A stretch of DNA of 22,801 nt from Eledone cirrhosa (taxonomy: Eukaryota). Shown here one piece after another: positions 13,037-22,801 of the stretch; positions within the stretch are counted from its first letter, which is position 1, and the number at the start of each line of letters is the position of its first letter. The stretch is from positions 1 to 22,801 of the forward strand of contig CAXHJY010000294.1 of assembly GCA_964016885.1 (NCBI GenBank). The letters run 5' to 3'. The position numbers were made by a program, and so were the translations under genes. The notes beneath the pieces are model-generated. The model worked only from the letters and a program-made list of their open reading frames with translations, did not search any database and was not told where the DNA came from.

Positions 13037-13252
13037 GGTTTCTGATTTAGTCTCAAGGCCAACATTTTGGGAGGAGGGGAAAGTCCACTAAATCGATTCG
13101 AGTACATTACTGGTACTTTATTTTAACGACCCCGTAAGGATGAAAGGCCCAGTTAACCTCACCAGGATTTGAACTCAGATCGTAAAGGGACGTAACTCTA
13201 TGTCATAAAGCATTTTGGCCGACGCTCCACCGATTACTGTCGATCCCCCAAC
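13037..13252 (-). mobile_element. SINE family B with an 18-bp target-site duplication
   Basis: Homologous to 5041-5234. Flanked by CAATAAACTATGAATATT (13019-13036) and CAATAAACTATCGATATT (13253-13270), 16/18 identical. Confidence 0.85.
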
Positions 13253-13336
13253 CAATAAACTATCGATATTAAAATGTCCTTAGATGAAGTTTATAAGAAT
13301 CCATCCTGTGGAAAGATGTAAAACTTTATTCTCGAA

Positions 13337-13960
13337 GGAAACTTCCGGATTAGGAAACTAGTCAGGACCTCCAGGAAAACTTCCGGATTAGGAAATTAGT
13401 CAGGACCTCCAGGGAAACCTCCGGAATAGGAAATTAGTCAGGACCTCCAGGGAAACTTCCGGATTAGGAAATTTGTCAGGACCTCCAGGGAAACTTCCGG
13501 ATTAGGAAATTAGGCAGGACCTCCAGGGAAACCTCCAGAATAGGAAATTAGTCAGGACCTCCAGGGAAACTTCAGGATTAGGAAATTAGTCAGGACCTCC
13601 AGGGAAACGTCTGGATTATGAAATTATTCAGGACCTCCTAGGAAACTTCCGGAATTGGAAATAAGTCAAGACCTCCAGGGAAACCTCCGGAATAGGAAAT
13701 TAGTCAGGACCTCCTGGGAAACTTCCGGAATAGGAAATTAGTCAGGACCTCCAGGGAAACCTCCGGAATAGGAAATTAGTCAGGACCTCCTGGGAAACTT
13801 CCGGATTAGGAAATTATTCAGGACCTCCAGGGAAACTTCCGGAATAGGAAATAAGTTAGGACCTCCTGGGAAACTTCCGGATTAGGAAATTAGTCAGGAC
13901 CTCCAGGGAAACCTCCGGAATAGGAAATTAGTCAGGAGCTCCAGCGAAACTTCCGGATTA
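13337..13960. repeat. 38-bp minisatellite, ~16.5 copies
   Basis: Consensus GGAAACTTCCGGATTAGGAAATTAGTCAGGACCTCCAG; GGACCTCC (or a 1-nt variant) recurs every 38 bp from 13365 to 13935. Confidence 0.97.
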
Positions 13961-14046
13961 TCGACACGTTTTGTTGGTAACGGAAGTTGTTCTGATTTAT
14001 CCTGATTGATTGGACAGTAAACATGACAGTAAACAATATATATATA

Positions 14047-14100
<54 letters not shown>

Positions 14101-14130
14101 CAGCAGTATCAACAGCAGCAGTAGTAGTAA

Positions 14131-14172
<42 letters not shown>

Positions 14173-14289
14173 CGGAGCAGCAGTATCAACAGCAGCAGCA
14201 GTAGTAACAGTAGTAGCAGTAGTAGTAGTAGTAGTAGTAACAGCAGCAGTAGTAGTAACAGTAGTAGCAGTAGTAGTAGTAGCAGTAAC
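14047..14289. repeat. (TAG)n/(CAG)n trinucleotide repeat
   Basis: Direct reading. Confidence 0.97.
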
Positions 14290-14359
14290 CATAACACAGC
14301 CGTCTCTATCAACGTTATCTGAGCAACGCAAATATATAAACTTCTACAGGTTTCTATCA

Positions 14360-14679
14360 CACTCTCTTTCTCTCTCATTACATCTCTCTACTTATATCTG
14401 TCTCTCTCTCTCTTTTTCTCTCTCTCTATCAATTTATCTATCCCTACCTCCCTCTACATTCTCTATCTATTTCATTCTCTCTCCCTCTCCCTCTCTCTAT
14501 TTTCCTCTCTCCCTCTTTCTCTCCATCTATCTCTTTATCTCCTCATGCATCCATCTATCTCTCCCTCTATCTCTCCCTCTCTCTCCCTCTACCTTTCTCT
14601 CTCTATTTCATTCTCTCTCTCTCACTCATTCACTCTTTCTCTCTCTACATCCCTCTATTTCATTCTCTCTATCTATCTT

Positions 14680-14719
<40 letters not shown>

Positions 14720-15307
14720 ACTCTTTCTCTCTCTACATCTCTCTATTTCATTCTCTCTATCTATCTCTACCTCTCTCTCTCTCTCACTCACTCACTCTTT
14801 CTCTCTCTACATCCCTCTATTTCATTCTCTCTATCTATCTTTACCTCTCTCTCTCTCTCTCACACTCACTCTTTCTCTCTCTATCTTTACCTCTCTCTCT
14901 CACTCATTCACTCTCTACATCCCTCTATTTCATTCTCTCTGTCTATCTTTACCTCTCTCTCTCTCTCTCTCTCACACTCACTCTTTCTCTCTCTATCTTT
15001 ACCTCTCTCTCTCTCTCTCTCACACTCACTCTTTCTCTCTCTATCTTTACCTCTCTCTCTCTCACACTCACTCTTTCTCTCTCTATCTTTACCTCTCTCT
15101 CTCTCTCACACTCACTCTTTCTCTCTCTATCTTTACCTCTCTCTCTCTCTCACTCATTCACTCTCTACATCCCTCTATTTCATTCTCTCTTTCTCCCGCT
15201 TTTTATCTCCCCCCCCCTATCTCATTCTCTCTCTCCCTCTCTTTATCTCTATCACTTTCTATCAGTTTCTCTCCCTCTCTCTCACGTGTCCCGTCAATGC
15301 CTCTCTC
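14360..15307. repeat. CT-rich polypyrimidine compound satellite
   Basis: (CT)n with recurring CTATCTTTACC, CACTCACTCTTT and CTACATCCCTCTATTTCATT modules. Confidence 0.95.
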
Positions 15308-15311
15308 AATG

Positions 15312-16348
15312 ACTACTACTACTGTTGCTGCTATTGCTGCTGCTGCTGCTACTACTATTGCTGCTGCTGCTGCTGCTACTATTGCTGCTGCTGCTGCTGC
15401 TACTATTGCTGCTGCTACTGCTGCTACTACTATTGCTACTGATGCTGCTGCTGTTAATATTAAATGCTATTATTGCTCCTACAGCACCTATTAAGTGTAC
15501 AACTGCGGCTGCAGATGTTACTACTACCACTACCAACACCACCACTACTACTACTACTACTACCACCACTACTACCACCACCACCACCACTACTACTACT
15601 ACCACTACTACTACTACCACCAGCAGCTCTACTACTGCCACCACTACTATTACCACAACAACTACTACCACCACCACCACCACTACTACTACTACCACCA
15701 CCGCCACCACTACTACTACCACCAGCAGCTCTACTACTGCCACCACTACTACTACCACAACAACTACTACTACCACCACCACAATTACTACTACTACTAT
15801 TACCACAACTACTACTACTACTACTACTACCACCAGCAGCTCTACTACTGCCACTACTACAACTACCACAACAACTACTACTACCACCACCACAATTATT
15901 ACTACCACTATTACCACAACTACTACTACCACTACTACTACTACTACCACCAGCAGCTCTACTACTGCCACTACTACAACTACCACAACAACTACTACTA
16001 CCACCACCACAATTATTACTACTACTATTACCACAACTACTACTACCACTACTACTACTACTACCACCAGCAGCTCTACTACTGCCACTACTACAACTAC
16101 CATAACAACTACTACTACCACCACCACAATTATTACTACCACTATTACCACAACTACTACTACCACTACTACTACTACTACTACCACCAGCAGCTCTACT
16201 ACTGCCACTACTACTGCTACCACAACAACTACTACTACCACCACCACAATTATTACTACCACCACCACAATTATTACTACCACTATTACCACTACTACTA
16301 CTGCCACCACCATTACTATTTCTACTACTACCATCACCACTTCCACTA
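15312..16348. repeat. (GCT)n, then (ACT/ACC/ACA)n repeat with a higher-order 102-120-bp unit
   Basis: Anchor CAGCAGCTCTACTACTGCC at 15621, 15723, 15834, 15951, 16068 and 16188. Confidence 0.95.
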
Positions 16349-16370
16349 CACATTGTTCCTTTTTAACCCC

Positions 16371-16436
16371 AGGCCGACCCTGAACGACCAGACGAGTGAT
16401 CAAAGTTGTTCCAGCCGTGGCCATTCCACCTGTCTT
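16371..16436 (-). mobile_element. 3' fragment of an interspersed repeat (SINE-like, family C)
   Basis: Reverse complement resembles 20205-20275 (TGGTCACAGTTGGAAC...GGGACTAAAC). Confidence 0.45.
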
Positions 16437-16491
16437 TCTATACTAGGGACTCGTGTCTCCTTTATTTAAGGTATGATTTGAGATATGAAGG

Positions 16492-16712
16492 TACGCGTCT
16501 TAGTTGTTAAGGTGGTCGGCTCACAGTCGTAAGAAAGACCTTGAGTTCAATTCCCTTTCCGGTGGGGGAAGGAGGGCGGTACATTGCGTCCTTCAGCAAG
16601 AGACTTTATTTCACGTCGCCTCCAATCAACTGGCAACAAATGACTTCGTTGTTGTACTTTTAATTGAAGAAGCCATCTGTGTCACAAACTCACACGTGTC
16701 ACGCTGAATCTC
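16492..16712 (+). mobile_element. tRNA-derived SINE (family A), 3'-truncated by (CT)n
   Basis: A-box-like TAGTTGTTAAGG, B box GAGTTCAATTCCC, GTCCTTCAGCAAGAGACTTTATTTCACG. Ends GTGTCACGCTGAATCTC, as at 21072-21088. Confidence 0.75.
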
Positions 16713-16804
16713 TCTCTCTCTCTCTCACTCTCTCTCCCTCTCTAATGTGTAGGTTAGGTTAGGATTCAAGGAGAGTGTGACTGCTGTTTCTTCCCAAGGG
16801 ACGC

Positions 16805-16845
16805 TTGAATCCTGCAAGAGGCCGCCAGGCGAAACAGGTCGACAA
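16805..16845 (+). ncRNA. Decayed minimal hammerhead-like motif
   Basis: TC CTGcAAGA G GCC-GCCA-GGC GAAAC AG GTC GA; 1-nt insertion in the core. Confidence 0.4.
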
Positions 16846-16929
16846 ATGAAACCTGAGGAATTTTATTATACTTTGTCATGGAGTTACTTCCCGCTTCTTT
16901 TCGTTTGGTTACTTTTTTTTATAAGATGT

Positions 16930-17055
<126 letters not shown>

Positions 17056-17385
17056 TCCGGTAACCCCTAGTAGGGTCGTAAGGGTGCTGTATTGACATAC
17101 GGCGTTTCTTCGCCATTTTAAGCCTGGCGGAGCCCATCTCTTTCCAGAGAAAGAGAGAAAGTGAGAGAGAGAGAGGAAATGAGAAAGAGATATAGAGGAA
17201 GATTCGACCCCAGTACTAGACTGGTACTAATGAGCCTTCTGGCTGAAGACAGACCTTTTTAGACTTTTATATACTGTAGTATATATAAGTTAGGTCCATC
17301 AGTGACATATACAGGCACTTAAGTTTCGTTATAGCAGCCTGAATGAGTTGGAGTGTATAACACAACGAAAGTTAAGCACCTGTAG

Positions 17386-18824
17386 AGTGGCAGTGGGGGT
17401 GGTGGTGGCGGTGGTGGTGGTGGTGGCAGTGGTGGTGGTAATGGCGGTGGCGATGGTGGTGTATATGTGGTGGAGGTAGTGGTGTATATGTAGTAGTGGT
17501 GGTGGCACTGGTGGTGTATATGTAGTGGTGGTGGTGGTGGCAGTGGTGGTGGTAATGGCGGTGGTGGTGGTGGTGGTGGTGGCGATGGTGGTGTATATGT
17601 AGTAGTGGTGGTGGTGTATATGTAGTGGTTGTGGTGCTGGTGGTGGTGTATATGTAGTAGTGGTGGTGGTGGTGTATATGTAGTAGTGGTGGTGGTGGTG
17701 GTGTATATGTAGTGGTGGTGATGGTGGTGTATATGTAGTAGTGGTGGTGGTGGTGGTGTATATGTAGTGGTGGTGATGGTGGTGTATATGTAGTAGTGGT
17801 GGTGGTGGTGGTGTATATGTAGTGGTGGTGATGGTGGTGTATATGTAGTAGTGGTGGTGGTGGTATATATGTAGTAGTGGTGGTGGTGGTGGTGTATATG
17901 TAGTGGTGGTTGTGGTGTATGTGATAGTGGTGGTTGTGGTGTATGTGGCAGTGGTGATGGTGGTGGTGGTAGTGGTGGTGGTGGTGTATATGTAGTAGTG
18001 GTGGTGGTGGTGGTGGTGTATATGTAGTGGTGGTGATGGTGGTGTATATGTAGTGGTGGTGATGGTGGTGTATATGTAGTAGTGGTGGTGGTGGTGGTGT
18101 ATATGTAGTGGTGGTGATGGTGGTGTATATGTAGTAGTGGTGGTGGTGGTGTATATGTAGTGGTGGTGGTGGTGGTGGTGGTGTATATGTAGTAGTGGTG
18201 GTGGTGGTGTATATGTAGTAGTGGTGGTGGTGGTGGTGGTGGTGTATATGTAGTAGTGGTGGTGGTGGTGTATATGTAGTAGTGGTGGTGGTGGTGGTGG
18301 TGTATATGTAGTGGTGGTGGTGGTGGTAGTGGTGTATATGTAGTAGTGGTGGTGGTGGTGGTGTATATGTAGTGGTGGTTGTGGTGTATGTCATAGTGGT
18401 GGTTGTGGTGTATGTGGCAGTGGTGATGGTGGTGGTGGTAGTGGTGGTGGTGGTGTATATGTAGTAGTGGTGGTGGTGGTGGTGTATATGTGGTGGAGGT
18501 AGTGGTGTATATGTGGTGGTGGTTGTGGTGTATGTGATAGTGGTGGTTGTGGTGTATGTGGCAGTGGTGATGGTGGTGGTAGTGGTGGTGTATATGTAGT
18601 AGTAGTGGTGGTGGCGGTGGTGGTGTATATGTAGTGGTGGTGGTGGTGTATATGTGGTGGAGGTAGTGGTGTATATGTGGTGGTGGTTGTGGTGTATGTG
18701 ATAGTCGTGGTTGTGGTGTATGTGGCAGTGGTGATGGTGGTGGTAGTGGTGGTGTATATGTAGTAGTAGTGGTGGTGGCGGTGGTGGTGGTGTATATGTA
18801 GTGGTGGTGGTGGTGGTGGTGTAT
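17386..18824. repeat. (GTG)n satellite punctuated by GTATATGTA
   Basis: Variable-length GGT runs separated by TATATG/TATG modules. Confidence 0.97.
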
Positions 18825-18960
18825 GAAGTGATGATATTCATCTATTTATTTATATATTTAATCAATTTAAACGTCCGTATAGAGATAGTAAGCCACGACC
18901 GACTAGGTGCGGGAAGTAAGTGTTGAGAAACAAAAAAAAACAATATAATAAATATATATA

Positions 18961-19130
18961 CAGTGAAATTCCGTTATAACGAAACTCACGGGGTATAAAA
19001 ACAAATTCGTTGTAACGAAAAATTCTTTATAACGAGTTCGACACAAACAAATCGAGCGTTTGTTTGATATTTCCTCGGAGGTGAAAAAAATTCGTTATAC
19101 TAAACCATTCGTTATAACGGAATTTTACCT
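18961..19130. mobile_element. ~170-bp pogo/Tigger-like MITE
   Basis: TA|CAGTGAAATTCCGTTATAACGAA ... TTCGTTATAACGGAATTTTACCT, with internal TTCGTTATAAC-like subrepeats. Confidence 0.8.
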
Positions 19131-19235
19131 ATAATATATAAAGAGAGATAAGTTAATATAAAGATAAAATATATATTTTTTACTTTTTAAATAGTAAGTC
19201 ATAAAAAACTAAAGCTACAAAATCACAAAACATTG

Positions 19236-19270
19236 TGTCCGACGCTCTACCGATTCTGCCAGCCCGCGCA
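19236..19270 (-). mobile_element. SINE family B 5' head fragment
   Basis: GTCCGACGCTCTACCGATTCTGCCA matches 5197-5222 and 13219-13240. Confidence 0.55.
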
Positions 19271-19441
19271 TGTTGCATAATAATTAATATACAGTGTACC
19301 CCCGGCATTTTCCTTAGAACCCAACTAATAATTTGTTCATGGGAAACCAACGCATATTCGCGGAATCATAAATATCTTCCGCGATTTTTTTATGGTTTTT
19401 TTTCGTGGCAATATTTCTTAACGCTAATTATTATTATTAAT

Positions 19442-19582
19442 ATAGTTACGTCCCTTTACGATCTGAGTTCAAATCCCGCCGAGGTTGACTTTGCCTTTCA
19501 TCCTTACGGGGTCGATAAAATAAAGTACCAGTAATGCGCTGGGTAATTGCTGGCCTTGTGCCTAAAGTAGAAACAATTATTA
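19442..19582 (+). mobile_element. SINE family B, 5'-truncated tandem copy
   Basis: Nearly identical to 19645-19785. Confidence 0.88.
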
Positions 19583-19592
19583 TTAATAAATA

Positions 19593-19785
19593 AGGGTGGT
19601 GGATTAGCAGTATCGGTAGAGGGTCGTACGCCATGCTTTCCAGCATAGTTACGTCCCTTTACGATCTGAGTTCAAATCCCGCCGAGGTTGACTTTGCCTT
19701 TCATCCTTACCGGGTCGATAAAATAAAGTACCAGTAATGCACTGGGCAATTGCTGGCCTTGTGCCTAAAGTAGAAACAATTATTA
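19593..19785 (+). mobile_element. SINE family B, full length
   Basis: TAGCAGTATCGGTAGAG (A-box-like), GAGTTCAAATCCC (B box), Deu/Nin-like core, ATT tail; flanked by TTATTAATAAATA on both sides. Confidence 0.88.
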
Positions 19786-20084
19786 ATAAATATTTGCCGG
19801 CTTATTCCTTCGCATTTTTATTATATTTTACGTTATATTTTCACGTTTAAAGGCATTTTTATGGTCCACGCCCAATATTCGCGATGTTTCCACTATTCGC
19901 GGGTGCTCTCGGAGCGTAACCCCCGCGAATACCGGGGGACGAAAAACTACTTTACTATACTGAACGGTTTCCTTTACCTATTCGTTTGTATATTATCTGA
20001 TGTCTCTAATGTCTTCTGCGAGATAAAACCAACCAGAAAACTGTACTACACGTTAGCGAAACCTGCTCATCAGCCTCTCTCTGC

Positions 20085-20378
20085 CTGATCACACGACCTA
20101 CTAGAAAGAGCAGCCAAATATCACACCTATCACACACTAGCTTACAAAAAAACATGGACAGGTTAGTTGGATAAGGTATGGCTCGGTTGCACCACTTATC
20201 GAAGCGACGGGGTGGTCACAGTTGGAACGTATATTTATTTACACAATCATGTCTGAATTGGGACTAAACAACAATAAAAAATAAAAAAAGCAGACACGCC
20301 AAGTGAGCCTCGATGTGTCACTCTAACTGCTAGAAATAGCAGCTAAATATCACTCATTTCATACTCTACTTTAAAAAA
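20085..20378 (+). mobile_element. Fragments of an interspersed repeat (family C), partly duplicated
   Basis: CT.CTAGAAA.AGCAGC.AAATATCAC occurs at ~20098 and ~20327; the 3' part is related to 16371-16436. Confidence 0.5.
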
Positions 20379-20381
20379 CAT

Positions 20382-21290
20382 GAGTTCGATTCCCAGCAGC
20401 GCGTTTTTTTCCTGAGCAAGATATTTCATTTCACATTATTCCAAATGGTGCTTTTTGTCGTGACACTTACACGAACACTTTACAGTGTGGACTGGGTGCT
20501 CTTTGTCGTAATACCTACACCACCACTTTACAGTGTGGACTGGGTGCTCTTTGTCGTGATACCTACACGACCACTTTACACTGGGGGCTGGGGGCTTTTT
20601 GTAGTGATACCTACACGACCACTTTACAGTGTGGACTGGGTGCTCTTTGTCGTGATACCTACACGACCACTTTACACTGGGGGCTGGGTGCTTTTTGTAG
20701 TGATACCTACATGACCACTTTATAGTGTGGGAGATACATGGGGAATTGGGGAGTTAGATACTGGGGTGGGCTGTTAGGGCGTGGGAGGTGTATGGAAGGG
20801 GTGATGGGTGGGAAGCTGGTGCGCACTAGATATATACCCCAGCCCCTGGATATGGGAAGACGGGTCTTTCATATTATTGCGTAGCCCCAGAGATCACGGT
20901 CCTAAGTCCGTGCAATTGTGCAAGGTCAATTCAAAGGACCAGCCCCGAAATGATGAATCTTCCTGAGAACTCGTTAAGGGTCCACGTGCCTATGGAATGC
21001 TCAGCCACCTACTCTAAAGTACATTATGGACTGTACCTGTAATACAATGGACCAGCTTTGTCAGGCACACTGTGTCATGCTGAATCTCCCTGAGAACTAT
21101 ATTAAGGGTACACGTGTCTGTGGAATGCTCAGCCACCTACTCTAAAATACGTTACTGATTGTACCTGTAATTCAAAGAGCCAGCTTTGTTTGTATCCGTT
21201 AAATGCCCGGCCACTAGCAGGATATATTCACGAGCAGGCTGTTCTGTTGTTCGGACAGTCATCGTGCGAATCGACGGAGGTTCAATACCC
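20382..21290 (+). mobile_element. SINE family A split by a minisatellite/G-rich insert, with a duplicated 3' segment
   Basis: B-box head at 20382-20443. Direct repeats 20954-21061 and 21081-21189 (period ~127) continue the GCTGAATCTC motif of 16703. Confidence 0.6.
20448..20730. repeat. 48-bp minisatellite, ~6 copies
   Basis: GTGCTCTTTGTCGTGATACCTACACGACCACTTTACAGTGTGGACTGG at 20448, 20496, 20544, 20592, 20640 and 20688. Confidence 0.96.
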
Positions 21291-21322
21291 ACACCGTACA
21301 CGCACACACACACATATAAGAC

Positions 21323-22331
21323 CTTAACTATGGAAGAAAAACCAGGACATAATTAAGAATTTAGAGTACCACACTTCAAACAGCATTAACTATGGAACAA
21401 AATCCAGGATATAATTAAGTTAGAGTACCATACTGTAATTAGCCATAACTATGGAATAAAATCGGGGACATAACTGAGTGTGTGAAGTTTAATTAAGCCA
21501 ATAGTTACGTTACAAACATTAACTATGGAACAACATCCAGGACATAATTTAGAGCACCAGACTGTAATCAGCCATAACTATGGAATGGAATCAGAGACAT
21601 TACTGAATTTGTGAAGTTTGATAAATCCAAGAATTACGCTTCAAAAACATTAACTATGGAACAAAATCCAGGACATAATTAAGTTAGAGCACCACACTGT
21701 AATCAGCCATAACTATGGAATAAAATCGGGGACATAACTGAGTTTGTGAAGTTTAATTAAGCCAATAGTTACGTTTCAAACAACATTAACTATGGAACAA
21801 AATCCAGGACATAATTAATTTAGAGCACCAGACTGTAATCAGCCATAACTATGGAATGGAATCAGAGACATTACTGAATTTGTGAAGTTTGATAAATCCA
21901 AGAACTACGCTTCAAAAACATTAACTATGGAACAAAATCCAGGACATAATTAAGTTAGAACACCACACTGTAATCAGCCATAACTATGGAATAAAATCGG
22001 GGACATAACTGAGTTTGTGAAGTTTAATTAAGCCAATAGTTACGTTTCAAACAACATTAACTATGGAACAAAATCCAGGACATAATTAATTTAGAGCACC
22101 AGACTGTAATCAGCCATAACTATGGAATGGAATCAGAGACATTACTGAATTTGTGAAGTTTGATAAATCCAAGAATTACGCTTCAAATAACATTAACTAT
22201 GGAACAAAATCCAGGACATAATTAAGTTAGAGCACCACACTGTAATCAGCCATAACTATGGAATGGAATCGGAGACATTACTGAATTTGTGAAGTTTGAT
22301 TAAGCTAAGAATTTGGCTACAAACAACATTA
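21323..22331. repeat. Hierarchical tandem repeat: ~59 and ~76-bp subunits, 135-bp dimer, 271-bp higher-order unit
   Basis: TAACTATGGAA at 21325, 21387, 21446, 21520, 21575, 21651, 21710, 21787, 21846, 21922, 21981, 22058, 22117, 22194 and 22253. Confidence 0.96.
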
Positions 22332-22801
22332 GTTGTAATGATTAGCTTAGCTGTTATTATCAAATATCAACCAGGATATTAAAAGAAAAAATTCGATATA
22401 TGATAAACATAACATGTACATAAATTGTAACGCATATACAAATAGATGTGTTTTATTTTAGTAGTTTTTTTGGTTTGGGGGGGGGGGATATAATTATTAG
22501 GGAGGGGGTAACCCCCCCCCCCCCCCTCTCCCTCCCTCCTCACTGCACCCCACCGCCAGTTTCACAGCCTCTGTATTAGCAATCAATGTCTGACAATATA
22601 CACCGTTCTTACTATCGATTAGAAAACAATCGTCTGCTTATATATTATTTGCAGTTATAGAAAAATATAATTATATAAAGAACAGCGCAGAACTGTGTTG
22701 TAAATGGCTGACGGAATTGCTGGGTGTGTGTGCATTCACATAGAAACTATATATATATATATATTGTTATATATATATATGTATAAATACATATATATAT
22801 A

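Larger units (their letters stand above)
19292..19942. mobile_element. pogo/Tigger-like non-autonomous element (second copy, opposite orientation) hosting two SINEs
   Basis: TA|CAGTGTACCCCCGGCATT ... AATACCGGGGGAC; internal blocks are reverse complements of 4931-5040 and 5268-5450. Confidence 0.75.

Noticed and set aside
13337-13960. CRISPR-like 38-bp periodicity
   Set aside because: Head-to-tail units without unique spacers, no cas genes, eukaryotic context.
14545-15312. 255-aa Ser/Leu ORF
   Set aside because: Translation of (CT)n.
15325-16469. Mucin-like poly-Thr ORF and overlapping poly-Val/Ser/Tyr ORFs
   Set aside because: Five frames are open because of trinucleotide composition, and 3n unit lengths are expected from slippage. 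No domain or splice evidence; a mucin exon cannot be fully excluded without RNA-seq.
16492-16556. tRNA gene
   Set aside because: A and B boxes are present but there is no cloverleaf, and it continues into SINE body sequence.
17092-17140. Minus-strand TCCGCCA..TGGCGAA GAAACGCCGTA
   Set aside because: HHR-like 3' half, but the 5' core has at least three mismatches.
17243-17270. CTGAAGA box
   Set aside because: No stem II-GAAA follows.
17372-18841. 489-aa Thr/Pro/His-rich ORF
   Set aside because: Translation cycles through the three frames of (CAC)n, the signature of a non-coding satellite.
20056-20076. CTGATGAG on the minus strand near GCGAAAC on the plus strand
   Set aside because: The two core boxes are on opposite strands; no hammerhead can form.
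20445-20714. 89-aa ORF of 16-aa repeats
   Set aside because: Explained by the 48-bp minisatellite; no recognisable domain.
21323-22331. Repeat-spacer array resembling CRISPR
   Set aside because: The intervening segments themselves repeat (A/B/C types).

Overview
AT-rich, repeat-saturated eukaryotic non-coding DNA. The SINE families resemble ones I recall from octopod cephalopods; this is inference, not verified. I can support no protein-coding gene: every long ORF is a translation of (TA)n, (CT)n, (ACT/ACC)n or (GTG)n simple repeats. The window holds a 3.7-kb (TA)n block, several tRNA-derived SINEs, four Tc1/mariner/pogo-type MITEs and three minisatellites (38 bp, 48 bp, and a hierarchical 59+76/271-bp array). 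The most notable signal is that many of the short 'unique' islands between microsatellite tracts carry type I hammerhead ribozyme (HHR) motifs: CUGANGA-stem II-GAAA-stem III-UH with a pairing stem I, often with a palindromic stem III. I find about a dozen intact or decayed motifs, nine of them within 10,158-12,960, in several unrelated sequence families. Three islands show an inverted 5' duplication, and one of them also a partial tandem repeat, as is typical of Penelope-like retroelement pLTRs or non-autonomous retrozymes. All structures were paired by eye; no folding program or database search was run.
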